DNA from: Candidatus Latescibacterota bacterium
GTDB taxonomy: Bacteria; Latescibacterota; UBA2968; UBA8231
Length of the DNA stretch: 64,000 bases
Direction of reading: 5' to 3'
Assembly: GCA_965248265.1 (NCBI GenBank)
Contig: CBDFJF010000001.1
Coordinates: 224,001-288,000, forward strand
In this document: piece by piece, positions 8,783 through 17,090 of the stretch
Layout of the letters: each line of letters opens with the position of its first letter
Numbering within the stretch: the stretch's first letter is position 1
Position numbers and translations under genes: made by a program
Notes under the pieces: model-generated
What the model was told of the DNA's origin: nothing
Databases searched by the model: none
What the model saw: only the letters and a program-made list of their open reading frames with translations

Positions 8783-10801
8783 ATGAACAGCCCTGAAAAT
8801 CCGGACAAATCGAAGGAAGAGCTGCTCGAGGAACTCGAGCGCCTGCGCGACACGCTTGAGGCCCTGGAAGCCCGGGATCCCGTGCAGGAACTGGCCGTGT
8901 CAGAGGCCCGGTACCGCGCCCTGGTAGAGGGTAGCTCCGACTTCATTTACGTCCTTGACAGCGAGGGCCACTTCACCTTCGCCAACGGCCAGGTCGACAA
9001 TCTTCTGGGCTACAGTCGCGAGGGTATCATCGGCAAGCACTACTCTGAGATTCTACACCCCAGCGACGTCGAGAGTCTCGGACATGCCTTTGCCGAGCGC
9101 CGTACGGGAGATCGCGCCACCAAACGGATGGAAATTCGGCTGCGCTCCAGTACCGGCGACACCCGCGAAGTCGAGATGGACGTGCGTCATTTCTCGATTA
9201 GCGCCAGTGGTCTGTACCGGGGCAGTGACTTCGTCGGTACCCACGGGGTCGCCCGCGACATCACCGAGCGCAAGTACCTGGAAAAGAAGCGTCTGGTTCT
9301 GCAGCGGGTGCGCGAGGCCGTCTGGAGCATGGTGACTGCGGAGGAAATCAATCAGGTCCTGCAGGCCATCCACCAGGGACTCGACACCATCGGCATCACC
9401 TTCCAGCACTGCGCCGTCAACGTCGTCGACATGGGTGAACCACCGATGCTCTACACCTATAGCTCGGTCGAATCATCCCGGCTGAGCAAGCCGGACGAGC
9501 GCATGATCGCCGACACCGAGAGCTACGCCGGCACCATCGCCGCCATCTGGCGACAGGCCTCACCGGCCTACAGGCCCGACCTGAAAGAGGACGACCCCTA
9601 CGGTGAACGGGAGCGCATAATCGACCTCTATGGGCCCGTGCGATCGATCATCGACGTGCCGTTTTCCTTTGGCACCCTGACCATCAACAGCGCCATCGCC
9701 GATGCCTTCAGCGAACGCGATCTAGCCTTCTTCGAGGAACTGGCAGAGGCTCTTTCTGAAGGCTTCCGCCGCATGGAGGATCTGCAACAATTGGCATTGT
9801 CCGAGCAGCGTTACCGCACGCTGGTCGAAACACCCAATTTCGTCGTCATGTTGCTGGACACCGAAGGCAACTACCTCTATGTGAGCCCTCAAATACAGGA
9901 ATGGCTCGGGTACTCGCCGGAGGAATTCTACCGCGATGCCGACATTCGCAAGCAGATCATTCACCCGGACGATCTGGTCGCGACAGAGGAGTTCCACCAG
10001 GCCGATCTTGCCACGGCGCCGCAGGCAATGGCCTACCGATGGCGTGACAAGGACGGCGAGTACCGCTGGGCGTCGGGAGCTATTTTTCCGATCTATGAAA
10101 CCACAGAGGATCAACAGATCCATCGTGCCAGCATGATGCAGGTAGTCGTTCAGGATATCACCGAGCGCAAGGTCGCCGAAGAGCAGATCAAGACCTCATT
10201 GGCGGAAAAAGAGGTCATGCTCAAGGAGATCCACCATCGGGTGAAGAACAATCTGCAAATCATCTCCAGTCTCTTGCATCTGCAGTCTTCCAAACTCGGG
10301 GATGACCGTCTAACCAGGGCCTTCGGTGACAGCCAGCATCGCATTCGCTCGATGGCTCTCATCCACGAAGAGCTCTATGAGTCGGCTGATCTCGCCCGTA
10401 TTGAGTTCGTCGGATACCTGCGGCGCTTGACCGAACACCTGTTCGAATCCTTCGGCGTCGATGAATCCCGCATTCGTCTAACCGTCGACGTCCAGGATGT
10501 CCTGCTCACCATCGAGCGGGCGATCCCATTGTCCCTCATCATCAACGAGCTCTTGTCAAACGCACTCAAGTACGCCTACCCCGGCAACCGCAGCGGCGAG
10601 ATCCGCATTCAGTTGCGGGATGAGGAGGACGGTCCCTTCTCGCTGATCGTCAGCGACGATGGCGTTGGTTTGCCAGACATCGACATCAACAGCCCCGATT
10701 CCCTCGGCCTGCGACTCGTCAACACCCTGGTCTCTCAGTTGGGCGCTGAGATGAGACTCGATCGCACCTCGGGCACCGCCTTCATCGTGGAGCGCCGTTG
10801 A
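8783..10801 (+). CDS. Cytoplasmic PAS/GAF sensor histidine kinase (HisKA_2 type)
   Basis: Two PAS-PAC repeats (DITERK), EIHHRVKNNLQ H-box, NELLSNALKY, DDGVG, SLGLRLV. Confidence 0.92.
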   Translation: MNSPENPDKSKEELLEELERLRDTLEALEARDPVQELAVSEARYRALVEGSSDFIYVLDSEGHFTFANGQVDNLLGYSREGIIGKHYSEILHPSDVESLGHAFAERRTGDRATKRMEIRLRSSTGDTREVEMDVRHFSISASGLYRGSDFVGTHGVARDITERKYLEKKRLVLQRVREAVWSMVTAEEINQVLQAIHQGLDTIGITFQHCAVNVVDMGEPPMLYTYSSVESSRLSKPDERMIADTESYAGTIAAIWRQASPAYRPDLKEDDPYGERERIIDLYGPVRSIIDVPFSFGTLTINSAIADAFSERDLAFFEELAEALSEGFRRMEDLQQLALSEQRYRTLVETPNFVVMLLDTEGNYLYVSPQIQEWLGYSPEEFYRDADIRKQIIHPDDLVATEEFHQADLATAPQAMAYRWRDKDGEYRWASGAIFPIYETTEDQQIHRASMMQVVVQDITERKVAEEQIKTSLAEKEVMLKEIHHRVKNNLQIISSLLHLQSSKLGDDRLTRAFGDSQHRIRSMALIHEELYESADLARIEFVGYLRRLTEHLFESFGVDESRIRLTVDVQDVLLTIERAIPLSLIINELLSNALKYAYPGNRSGEIRIQLRDEEDGPFSLIVSDDGVGLPDIDINSPDSLGLRLVNTLVSQLGAEMRLDRTSGTAFIVERR

Positions 10802-10839
10802 GCGGCGGTCCCGCGGCGACTTGAGCAGGATTCACCGCC

Positions 10840-11388
10840 GTGCATTGGTCGTTCTTACTTCTGGATCTAATCCCGCTTTTCGTCTTCGTCGTGCTAGAGA
10901 GCATGATGACCAATCTCCGGTACGCGCTGTTAGGAGCTGTCTGCAGTATCATCTTATTAGTGGGGTGCGACCTCTACCTGTTCGGGGAGATCGACGAATT
11001 CACGATCCTTTCCTCCGGCCTCGTGATCTTGTTTGGCCTATTGGCACTGCGCTTTGACAACGCCGCCTATTTCAAGATGAAACCGGCGGTCGTCAATCTG
11101 ATTCTGGCCGGCGTATTCCTGACAACCCATCTCCAGGGTTCGCCCCTGCTGCTCACGGCCCTGGACCGCTATGGCGAGACCTTGCCGCCGCAGTTCCAAC
11201 AGGTCCTGTCCCGACCGGAAGTGCGCCCGATGCTGGAACGCACGTCACTCTACCTCGGATTCGGTCTTATCCTACAGGCCGCTGTGGTGACATGGGCCGC
11301 GCTGAAGCTGGGGAGTTGGTGGTGGTTCGCCATCCGCAGCGCCGGGTTCTACATGATGATCTTTCTGGTTGCGCTGGCTGCAAAATGA
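10840..11388 (+). CDS. Intracellular septation protein A (YciB/IspA)-like membrane protein
   Basis: Multiple TM segments; LDLIPL and FDNAAYFKMKPAVVN motif. Confidence 0.7.
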   Translation: MHWSFLLLDLIPLFVFVVLESMMTNLRYALLGAVCSIILLVGCDLYLFGEIDEFTILSSGLVILFGLLALRFDNAAYFKMKPAVVNLILAGVFLTTHLQGSPLLLTALDRYGETLPPQFQQVLSRPEVRPMLERTSLYLGFGLILQAAVVTWAALKLGSWWWFAIRSAGFYMMIFLVALAAK

Positions 11389-12530
11389 AATCCGTTCTGG
11401 TCACCTTCGATTACCCCCCCATCGTTGGCGGTATCGCCAATGCCCTGGCCACCTTCGTGGGGTTGGCGCGGCCGGCCGGCTGCGTGATCCTGGCTCCGCA
11501 GGCACCCGGGGCTGCGGAATTCGACGCCGACTTCCCCGTGCGCACAATCCGCTTTCCCAACTGGACTCGCTTGGGTTTTGTGGGCAAAGCGCTCAGCTTC
11601 ATGGCCGCCGTCGCCCGAACGGGCTTCACCCTCATCCGCATCCGACCCGACCTGTTTGTCGCCGCCCAACTCGTGCGTGCCGGCCCGATGGCCTTAGCGT
11701 GGCACCTGTTGAGCGGAAGGCCCTACGACGTGTGGGTGTATGGCGGTGAAACCAGCTCCCAGTTCACTTCAATGCGTTGGCTGACCCGCCTTCTCCATGT
11801 CGTCCTTCGCCGCGCCCGCACGGTGTTCACGAACAGCCAGTACACGACCCAGGAGATGCTGGCATTCGGGTTGCGCGAAGGCGCCGTGGTCGAACTGCCC
11901 TTGGGCGTCGACCGCTCCGTGTTCTTCCCACAAGCGAAATCGTCGGCTCTGCTGGAACGGTACGCCCTGGCTGACAAGATCGTGTTTACGACCATCGGCC
12001 GGCTCGTCGAGCGCAAAGGTGTAGACACGATGCTGAGCGCGCTGGGCGAGTTGCGTGACGAGATGCCGCCATGGCACTACCTCATCGTCAGCGACGGCCC
12101 TTATCGGCATCGACTGGAAGAAATAGCACGCGAGCTCGATTTAGTGCCGCATGTGACCTTTACCGGGTACGTCGACCAGGAAGAACTGGTCACCTACTAC
12201 AACCTCTGCGACGTGTTCGCGATGCCCAACCGTCAAGTGGGACATGAAACGGAGAGCAGTCTGTCGGTAGAGGGTTTCGGCATGGTCTTTCTGGAGGCCG
12301 CCGCCTGCGGCAAACCCGTCATCGCTGGACGGTCTGGGGGCGCGGTGTACGCTCTCGAGGATGGGTATAATGGATTCAGCGTGGATCCCGAGAACGTCGA
12401 AGAGCTCAAACGCGCCATCAGAGGGTTGCTCGATCCAGATCGGCGCACAGCCATGGGGGTCGCTGGAATCGACTTCGCCAGCCGCTTTGACTGGGGCAAA
12501 TCGGCGGAAATTCTGCGCTCATATATTTGA
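11385..12530 (+). CDS. Glycosyltransferase family 4
   Basis: DYPPIVGGI, GRLVERKG, EGFGMVFLEAAACGKPVIAG; ATGA overlap with previous gene. Confidence 0.92.
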   Translation: MKSVLVTFDYPPIVGGIANALATFVGLARPAGCVILAPQAPGAAEFDADFPVRTIRFPNWTRLGFVGKALSFMAAVARTGFTLIRIRPDLFVAAQLVRAGPMALAWHLLSGRPYDVWVYGGETSSQFTSMRWLTRLLHVVLRRARTVFTNSQYTTQEMLAFGLREGAVVELPLGVDRSVFFPQAKSSALLERYALADKIVFTTIGRLVERKGVDTMLSALGELRDEMPPWHYLIVSDGPYRHRLEEIARELDLVPHVTFTGYVDQEELVTYYNLCDVFAMPNRQVGHETESSLSVEGFGMVFLEAAACGKPVIAGRSGGAVYALEDGYNGFSVDPENVEELKRAIRGLLDPDRRTAMGVAGIDFASRFDWGKSAEILRSYI

Positions 12531-12695
12531 TTGCTTGCCCTTGTGAACCGAGCTTTTTTGACACATTTTAGTGTATCCTATCCAACGATGTAAATCCGGT
12601 CAGGCCGCGCCCATCACGACCCGGACGAGCCTTCGGTTACTTTCTCATAAATGCTTTAAAAACAGAGATTTAGTCGCATAGACTCCGACAAAGGT

Positions 12696-14666
12696 ATGGC
12701 GGAAATGCAGACCAAAAAAGCCCTTCTCATCTCCCCCGCTTTCCCGGACGACTCGTTCTGGAGCTACAAGCATGTCATTCGCTACGCGGGACGGAAGGCC
12801 TCTTTTCCACCCCTGGGCGTGTTGTCGTTCGCCGCGATGATGCCGGAAGACTGGGATTTTGAACTGCTCGACATGAACATCCGCCACTGGTCCACACGGA
12901 CTCTGCGCAAGAAAATCCAGCAAGCCGATGCCGTCTTCGCCGGCGCCATGAACATTCAACGCGACTCCCTCGTGGAGTTGCTCGAAGGGCCGGCCAGGGG
13001 CACGGACACGCCCTGGATTCTCGGCGGCCCCATGGCCTCGACTTATCGGGACACGGTATTGCACCCGACGACCGAATCTGACCAGATACTGCATGACGGA
13101 CTGGATCTGTTGGTGTGGGGAGAAGCTCAACCATGGATTGACGATCTGGTCAAGTGGCTGGAGGAGCACCCCAAACACCGCGACGAAACGCCGCATCTGT
13201 TGATTCCCGAACGCGTGCTACAGGAACCGGAGGGATCACGCAAGTACTTGCTCGACAAGGAAATTTTCAAGCCGCTGGACAATCTCCCGGTGCCGCGCTG
13301 GGACCTGATCAACGTTCAGGACTACCGGGCCATGATGATCCAGACCACAGCCGGTTGTCGTTTTCGCTGCAACTTCTGCGACATCGTCCAGTTCAATGGT
13401 GGTTTCGCCCGCGCCAAGGACAAAACCAGTGTCATGCGGGAGCTGAAGAGCATCTACGACTCCGGATTCAGAGGCTCCGTCTTCACCGTCGATGACAACT
13501 TCGTCTCAGAGCCCGAGGCGATGGAGAACATTCTCGAGGGGATGATCGAGTTTCAGCGCGAGCACGATTATCCGTTCAATTTCTTTACCCAAGCGAGCGT
13601 CGATCTCGGCAAGGAAGGGCTCGAATACCTGGTACCGATGATGCGTCAGGCCGGATTCACCGCCGTCTTTCTCGGCATCGAGAATCCGGATCCCAGCGCG
13701 CTGAAAGAGATGAACAAGATTCAGAACGTGAAAACCAGGCCGGAGGACACGGTCCGGGTTCTGCAACAGCAGGGCATCGAGGTCTTCGCGGGATTCATCT
13801 TCGGCACCGATGGCGACACCCGTCAAACAGCGGATCTGATCGTCGACTTCGTCACCAACAACGGGATTTTCTCATCGATGACGGGCAAGCTGACGCCGAT
13901 GCCTCACACGCCCCTGTACGTCGACCTGAAGGAACAGGGACGGTTGATTGGAGCCGTGGACGCGCGTAACAACATCGACGAGTCGGCCCAGTTTCGGCCC
14001 ACGATGGGGGCCGAGCAGCTGGATGAGGGCTTCACCCACATTTTGTCGACGCTGTTTGACCGCAAGGCGCTCTACGGTCGCGCGCGCGATGTCCTCGATC
14101 GCGTCGATCTGCACATCTTCCGCGGCCGCGTACTCACTCGCGGTGAGTACATGGCGGTCGGGCACTCAGTTGTCAGACAGGGCCTGAAACGCTTGGACGG
14201 CGAGTACTTCCGCTTCCTCAGAGAGGCCTTGAAGCGTGATCGCCTCAGTTTGCAGGAAATCCGTGGCGAAGCGACACGGTTCACGGACATGTGGAACTCG
14301 GTGAGACAATCAGCTCGCGACCGCCTCGAGCTCGAAGAGCAGGACGTCAAGCGTTTCACGCAGATGCTGCAGTACGCACAGGACGCGTTGGTCCGCTATG
14401 GTCCCGACAAGGGGCTCGCCGAGGTACGAGATTTCGTCCAGGGGTTCAAGGAATCTCTCGGCAAGGGCGATGTCGCGTTGGAGCAGGGGCGCATGGTGTA
14501 TGAAAGAGCCATGGTTTACTGCGAGGCCAGGATGGAGCACTTCAAGTTTCCGGGAGTCTATCTGACGCGTGCCTTCGAACTGTGCATCATCGGCAACCAC
14601 TACAGGATTTGTGCCGACAATGTGCTGCGGCGTGCTGACAGCGACAACATGATGTCGCCTGTATAA
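12696..14666 (+). CDS. B12-binding radical SAM protein (HpnP-like, DUF4070 C-terminus)
   Basis: SFWS..FPPLG N-terminal B12-binding region; GCRFRCNFC; VDDNF; FFTQAS; GFIFGTDGD. Confidence 0.85.
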   Translation: MAEMQTKKALLISPAFPDDSFWSYKHVIRYAGRKASFPPLGVLSFAAMMPEDWDFELLDMNIRHWSTRTLRKKIQQADAVFAGAMNIQRDSLVELLEGPARGTDTPWILGGPMASTYRDTVLHPTTESDQILHDGLDLLVWGEAQPWIDDLVKWLEEHPKHRDETPHLLIPERVLQEPEGSRKYLLDKEIFKPLDNLPVPRWDLINVQDYRAMMIQTTAGCRFRCNFCDIVQFNGGFARAKDKTSVMRELKSIYDSGFRGSVFTVDDNFVSEPEAMENILEGMIEFQREHDYPFNFFTQASVDLGKEGLEYLVPMMRQAGFTAVFLGIENPDPSALKEMNKIQNVKTRPEDTVRVLQQQGIEVFAGFIFGTDGDTRQTADLIVDFVTNNGIFSSMTGKLTPMPHTPLYVDLKEQGRLIGAVDARNNIDESAQFRPTMGAEQLDEGFTHILSTLFDRKALYGRARDVLDRVDLHIFRGRVLTRGEYMAVGHSVVRQGLKRLDGEYFRFLREALKRDRLSLQEIRGEATRFTDMWNSVRQSARDRLELEEQDVKRFTQMLQYAQDALVRYGPDKGLAEVRDFVQGFKESLGKGDVALEQGRMVYERAMVYCEARMEHFKFPGVYLTRAFELCIIGNHYRICADNVLRRADSDNMMSPV

Positions 14667-14861
14667 GCGGACATCCTGTCCGTTCTCGAGCTGACACTCG
14701 AGGACTTAGCGAACATCCTGTTCGCTCTCGAGCTCCGCTCGAGGTTGCCTCGAACTAGCGTTCGAGGAATCTATTTGAAAAACTGCGCTCACTAACGCAA
14801 AGAGCTTCTCGAGCGCAGTTTGAGAACGAACGCAGGTTTTGAGCGAACAGGATGTTCGCTA
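14666..14861. repeat. REP/MITE-like palindromic element
   Basis: Perfect 21-bp inverted repeat TAGCGAACATCCTGTTCGCTC at 14707-14727 and 14841-14861; degenerate third copy at 14666-14692; internal hairpins. Confidence 0.7.
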
Positions 14862-15296
14862 CATCTGTGTCAGCTTGAGCTGGCGCATTCGGCGATAACT
14901 CTCGCTGCCGACCCAAGCCAGACATGACCCTGCGCAGGCGAAAGCCAGGGCCTGTTGCGGACTTCCGGTAACGCCCCAGGCTGCCCCCATCGTCGCCACA
15001 CCCACCAGTAGCAGTTTATACCATCGAGGAATCAGGCTCGCACCGCTGCGCCATTCCTTTTCCCGCAACGCTGCCCTCGATTCGGGAACCATGCCCGCCA
15101 GGAGATCGGCGTCGGGCAAACCGGGTCGCGGCGGCGGCTCGGCGGCTCCGCGGAACGCACGCGCGGACACGGCGACGCCGTGGACGGCGGTTCTCAGCAA
15201 CAAATCTTGCGATCGCTGCTCGTCCTCCTCAGCGGCAGGATCGTCTGACCCTGCCAATATGGCCTCAGGCGTCGGTTTCTCAGCTCGCTGCAGCAT
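14859..15296 (-). CDS. Hypothetical protein with two C-terminal TM segments
   Basis: 145-aa ORF in otherwise empty space; hydrophobic C-terminal pair. Confidence 0.5.
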   Translation of the reverse strand: MLQRAEKPTPEAILAGSDDPAAEEDEQRSQDLLLRTAVHGVAVSARAFRGAAEPPPRPGLPDADLLAGMVPESRAALREKEWRSGASLIPRWYKLLLVGVATMGAAWGVTGSPQQALAFACAGSCLAWVGSESYRRMRQLKLTQM

Positions 15297-15598
15297 GGTC
15301 TCGACTGGTCATGGCATGGGGCGCCGATGATGCGTCACGGTGACGACTGTCAGTGACTCTAATCAGTTGCTGTAGTCCTCCCTGCACGGCGAAGACGCCA
15401 GCCGGTTGACCGCAGACACTGAAGGAGATTCGGTGGGGAGAAAAATGAGGGCAAGCACCGACGCCTCGACGGTACGGGCACCTCGCTGAGAAGATATTGA
15501 GATCGACGAGGCGCGCGCAAGGTGCTCGGGAACCATGCTGGCCACCCGAGCCCCGCAGAAGCCGTCCGGTGGGCGGTAAGTCGATAGTGACAGGGCAC

Positions 15599-15976
15599 TT
15601 AGATATTTTCGAATGCTTTGCGGAGTTCGGACAGCATGCGGTCGACTCGCACCGGTTTGCGCAATACCCCGGCAACATCGGTCTGCTGACCCTTGCGCTC
15701 CTCCGCTGACTGTTCGACGCAGACGATGATCCTGACCTTGGGGTCGATCTTGTTCAACTGCGCGATCACGACCTCGGTGACCTTCTCCGATTTACTCAGG
15801 TCAATAAGGACCAGCCCGATCTCCGCGTTCTTCTCCTGAAACAGCATCAGGCCCTGCGACGCATCTTCTGCTTCGAAGATCTCATACTTGTAGTACTTCA
15901 GGTTCTGCACCAGAGTCTTGCGCGCTATGACCTGGTCGGCGATGACGAGGATGGGCTTGGCGACACGTACCAGCAT
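15599..15976 (-). CDS. Single-domain response regulator (atypical receiver)
   Basis: Receiver fold pattern (ILVIAD, LVLIDL, LRKP); acidic pocket degenerate. Confidence 0.75.
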   Translation of the reverse strand: MLVRVAKPILVIADQVIARKTLVQNLKYYKYEIFEAEDASQGLMLFQEKNAEIGLVLIDLSKSEKVTEVVIAQLNKIDPKVRIIVCVEQSAEERKGQQTDVAGVLRKPVRVDRMLSELRKAFENI

Positions 15977-16138
15977 TACGTGTTGAACCTCAGGGTGTTG
16001 AGGGACCGACGGGTGGAGCGCCGTGACCGCTCCCGGCGCTCATTCCCCCGTTAACCTGGTACAGGTGGACGGATTCCAGCAAATCGACGAGATTTGAGGA
16101 TGCGCGCTCCGGTGCACGAGCACATCTGAGGATGATTC

Positions 16139-16324
16139 ATGCCTTTTTTTATGCATTACAAAGACAGGGACGAACCCCAGGAAGTCAGCGAGGGCGAAGC
16201 GCGGCATATCCTTGACCTCGACCTCCCGGCCTCCAAGGACCAGATGTGGCAAAAATTGATGCGCGGTGAGCAAGTCCACGTCCGATTGGGTTACCTGATC
16301 TGGGAGCGCCTGGTGTCTAACTGA
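16139..16324 (+). CDS. Small hypothetical protein (61 aa)
   Basis: GAGGA RBS upstream of ATG; natural composition; fills intergenic gap. Confidence 0.55.
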   Translation: MPFFMHYKDRDEPQEVSEGEARHILDLDLPASKDQMWQKLMRGEQVHVRLGYLIWERLVSN

Positions 16325-16331
16325 CCATCCC

Positions 16332-17090
16332 TTAGAGCCTGCAGACCTCATACGCCTGCCGCAGTGATGCCACGGGGTCTCCCAGGGGCACGAATTCGTG
16401 CCCGACAAATCCGTCAAAACCAGTTTCTTCGATCGCCTTGATGACAGCCGGATAGTAGATCTCCTGGTTTTCATCCAGTTCGTTGCGCCCTGGATTGCCG
16501 GCGGTGTGGTAGTGGCCGAAGTACCGGTTGTACTCACGAATCGTCCGAATCAGATCCCCTTCCATGATCTGCATGTGGTAGATGTCGTAGAGCAGCTTCA
16601 CCCTGGGTGATCCCACACGCTCTATCACCTCGACCCCCCACGAGGTACTATCGCATTGGTACTCGGGGTGATCCACTTTGCTATTGAGCAGCTCGAGAAC
16701 CAGGTCCACCCCAGCCTCTTCCGCGGCGCCGGCTACCCGACTCAACCCTGCCGCCGTGACCTCGACTCCCTCTTCGTCGTCGTCAACGTGGCGATTCCCC
16801 GAAAAACACATCAGCCCGTGAATTCCATGCTTCTGCGCGTGCTCGAGATTCTCGAGAACTTCGGCCTCAATACGATCATGATTCGACCGCTTGTTCAGCC
16901 CGTCCGTCAAGGTCGTATGGCCGCCGATGGCCGCGATCTCGAGGCCGGCATCTCGGATCGCCTGCCAGTGTTCGGCCGGAACTAAATCGAAGCCGGCGTA
17001 GCCGATATCAGCCACGGCCGCGATCAGCTCATTCGGGCTCAGCTGCTTTCCCCCGAAGCACCACCAGGAAACTGAATGACGTATGGTCAA
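16332..17090 (-). CDS. hyi: Hydroxypyruvate isomerase family TIM barrel protein
   Basis: ELLNSKVDHP, LLYDIYHMQIMEG, HYHTAGNPGRNE, GHEF. Confidence 0.85.
   Translation of the reverse strand: MTIRHSVSWWCFGGKQLSPNELIAAVADIGYAGFDLVPAEHWQAIRDAGLEIAAIGGHTTLTDGLNKRSNHDRIEAEVLENLEHAQKHGIHGLMCFSGNRHVDDDEEGVEVTAAGLSRVAGAAEEAGVDLVLELLNSKVDHPEYQCDSTSWGVEVIERVGSPRVKLLYDIYHMQIMEGDLIRTIREYNRYFGHYHTAGNPGRNELDENQEIYYPAVIKAIEETGFDGFVGHEFVPLGDPVASLRQAYEVCRL

Noticed and set aside
12531-12695. Cobalamin riboswitch upstream of the B12 radical SAM gene
   Set aside because: No recognisable B12-box or conserved core seen
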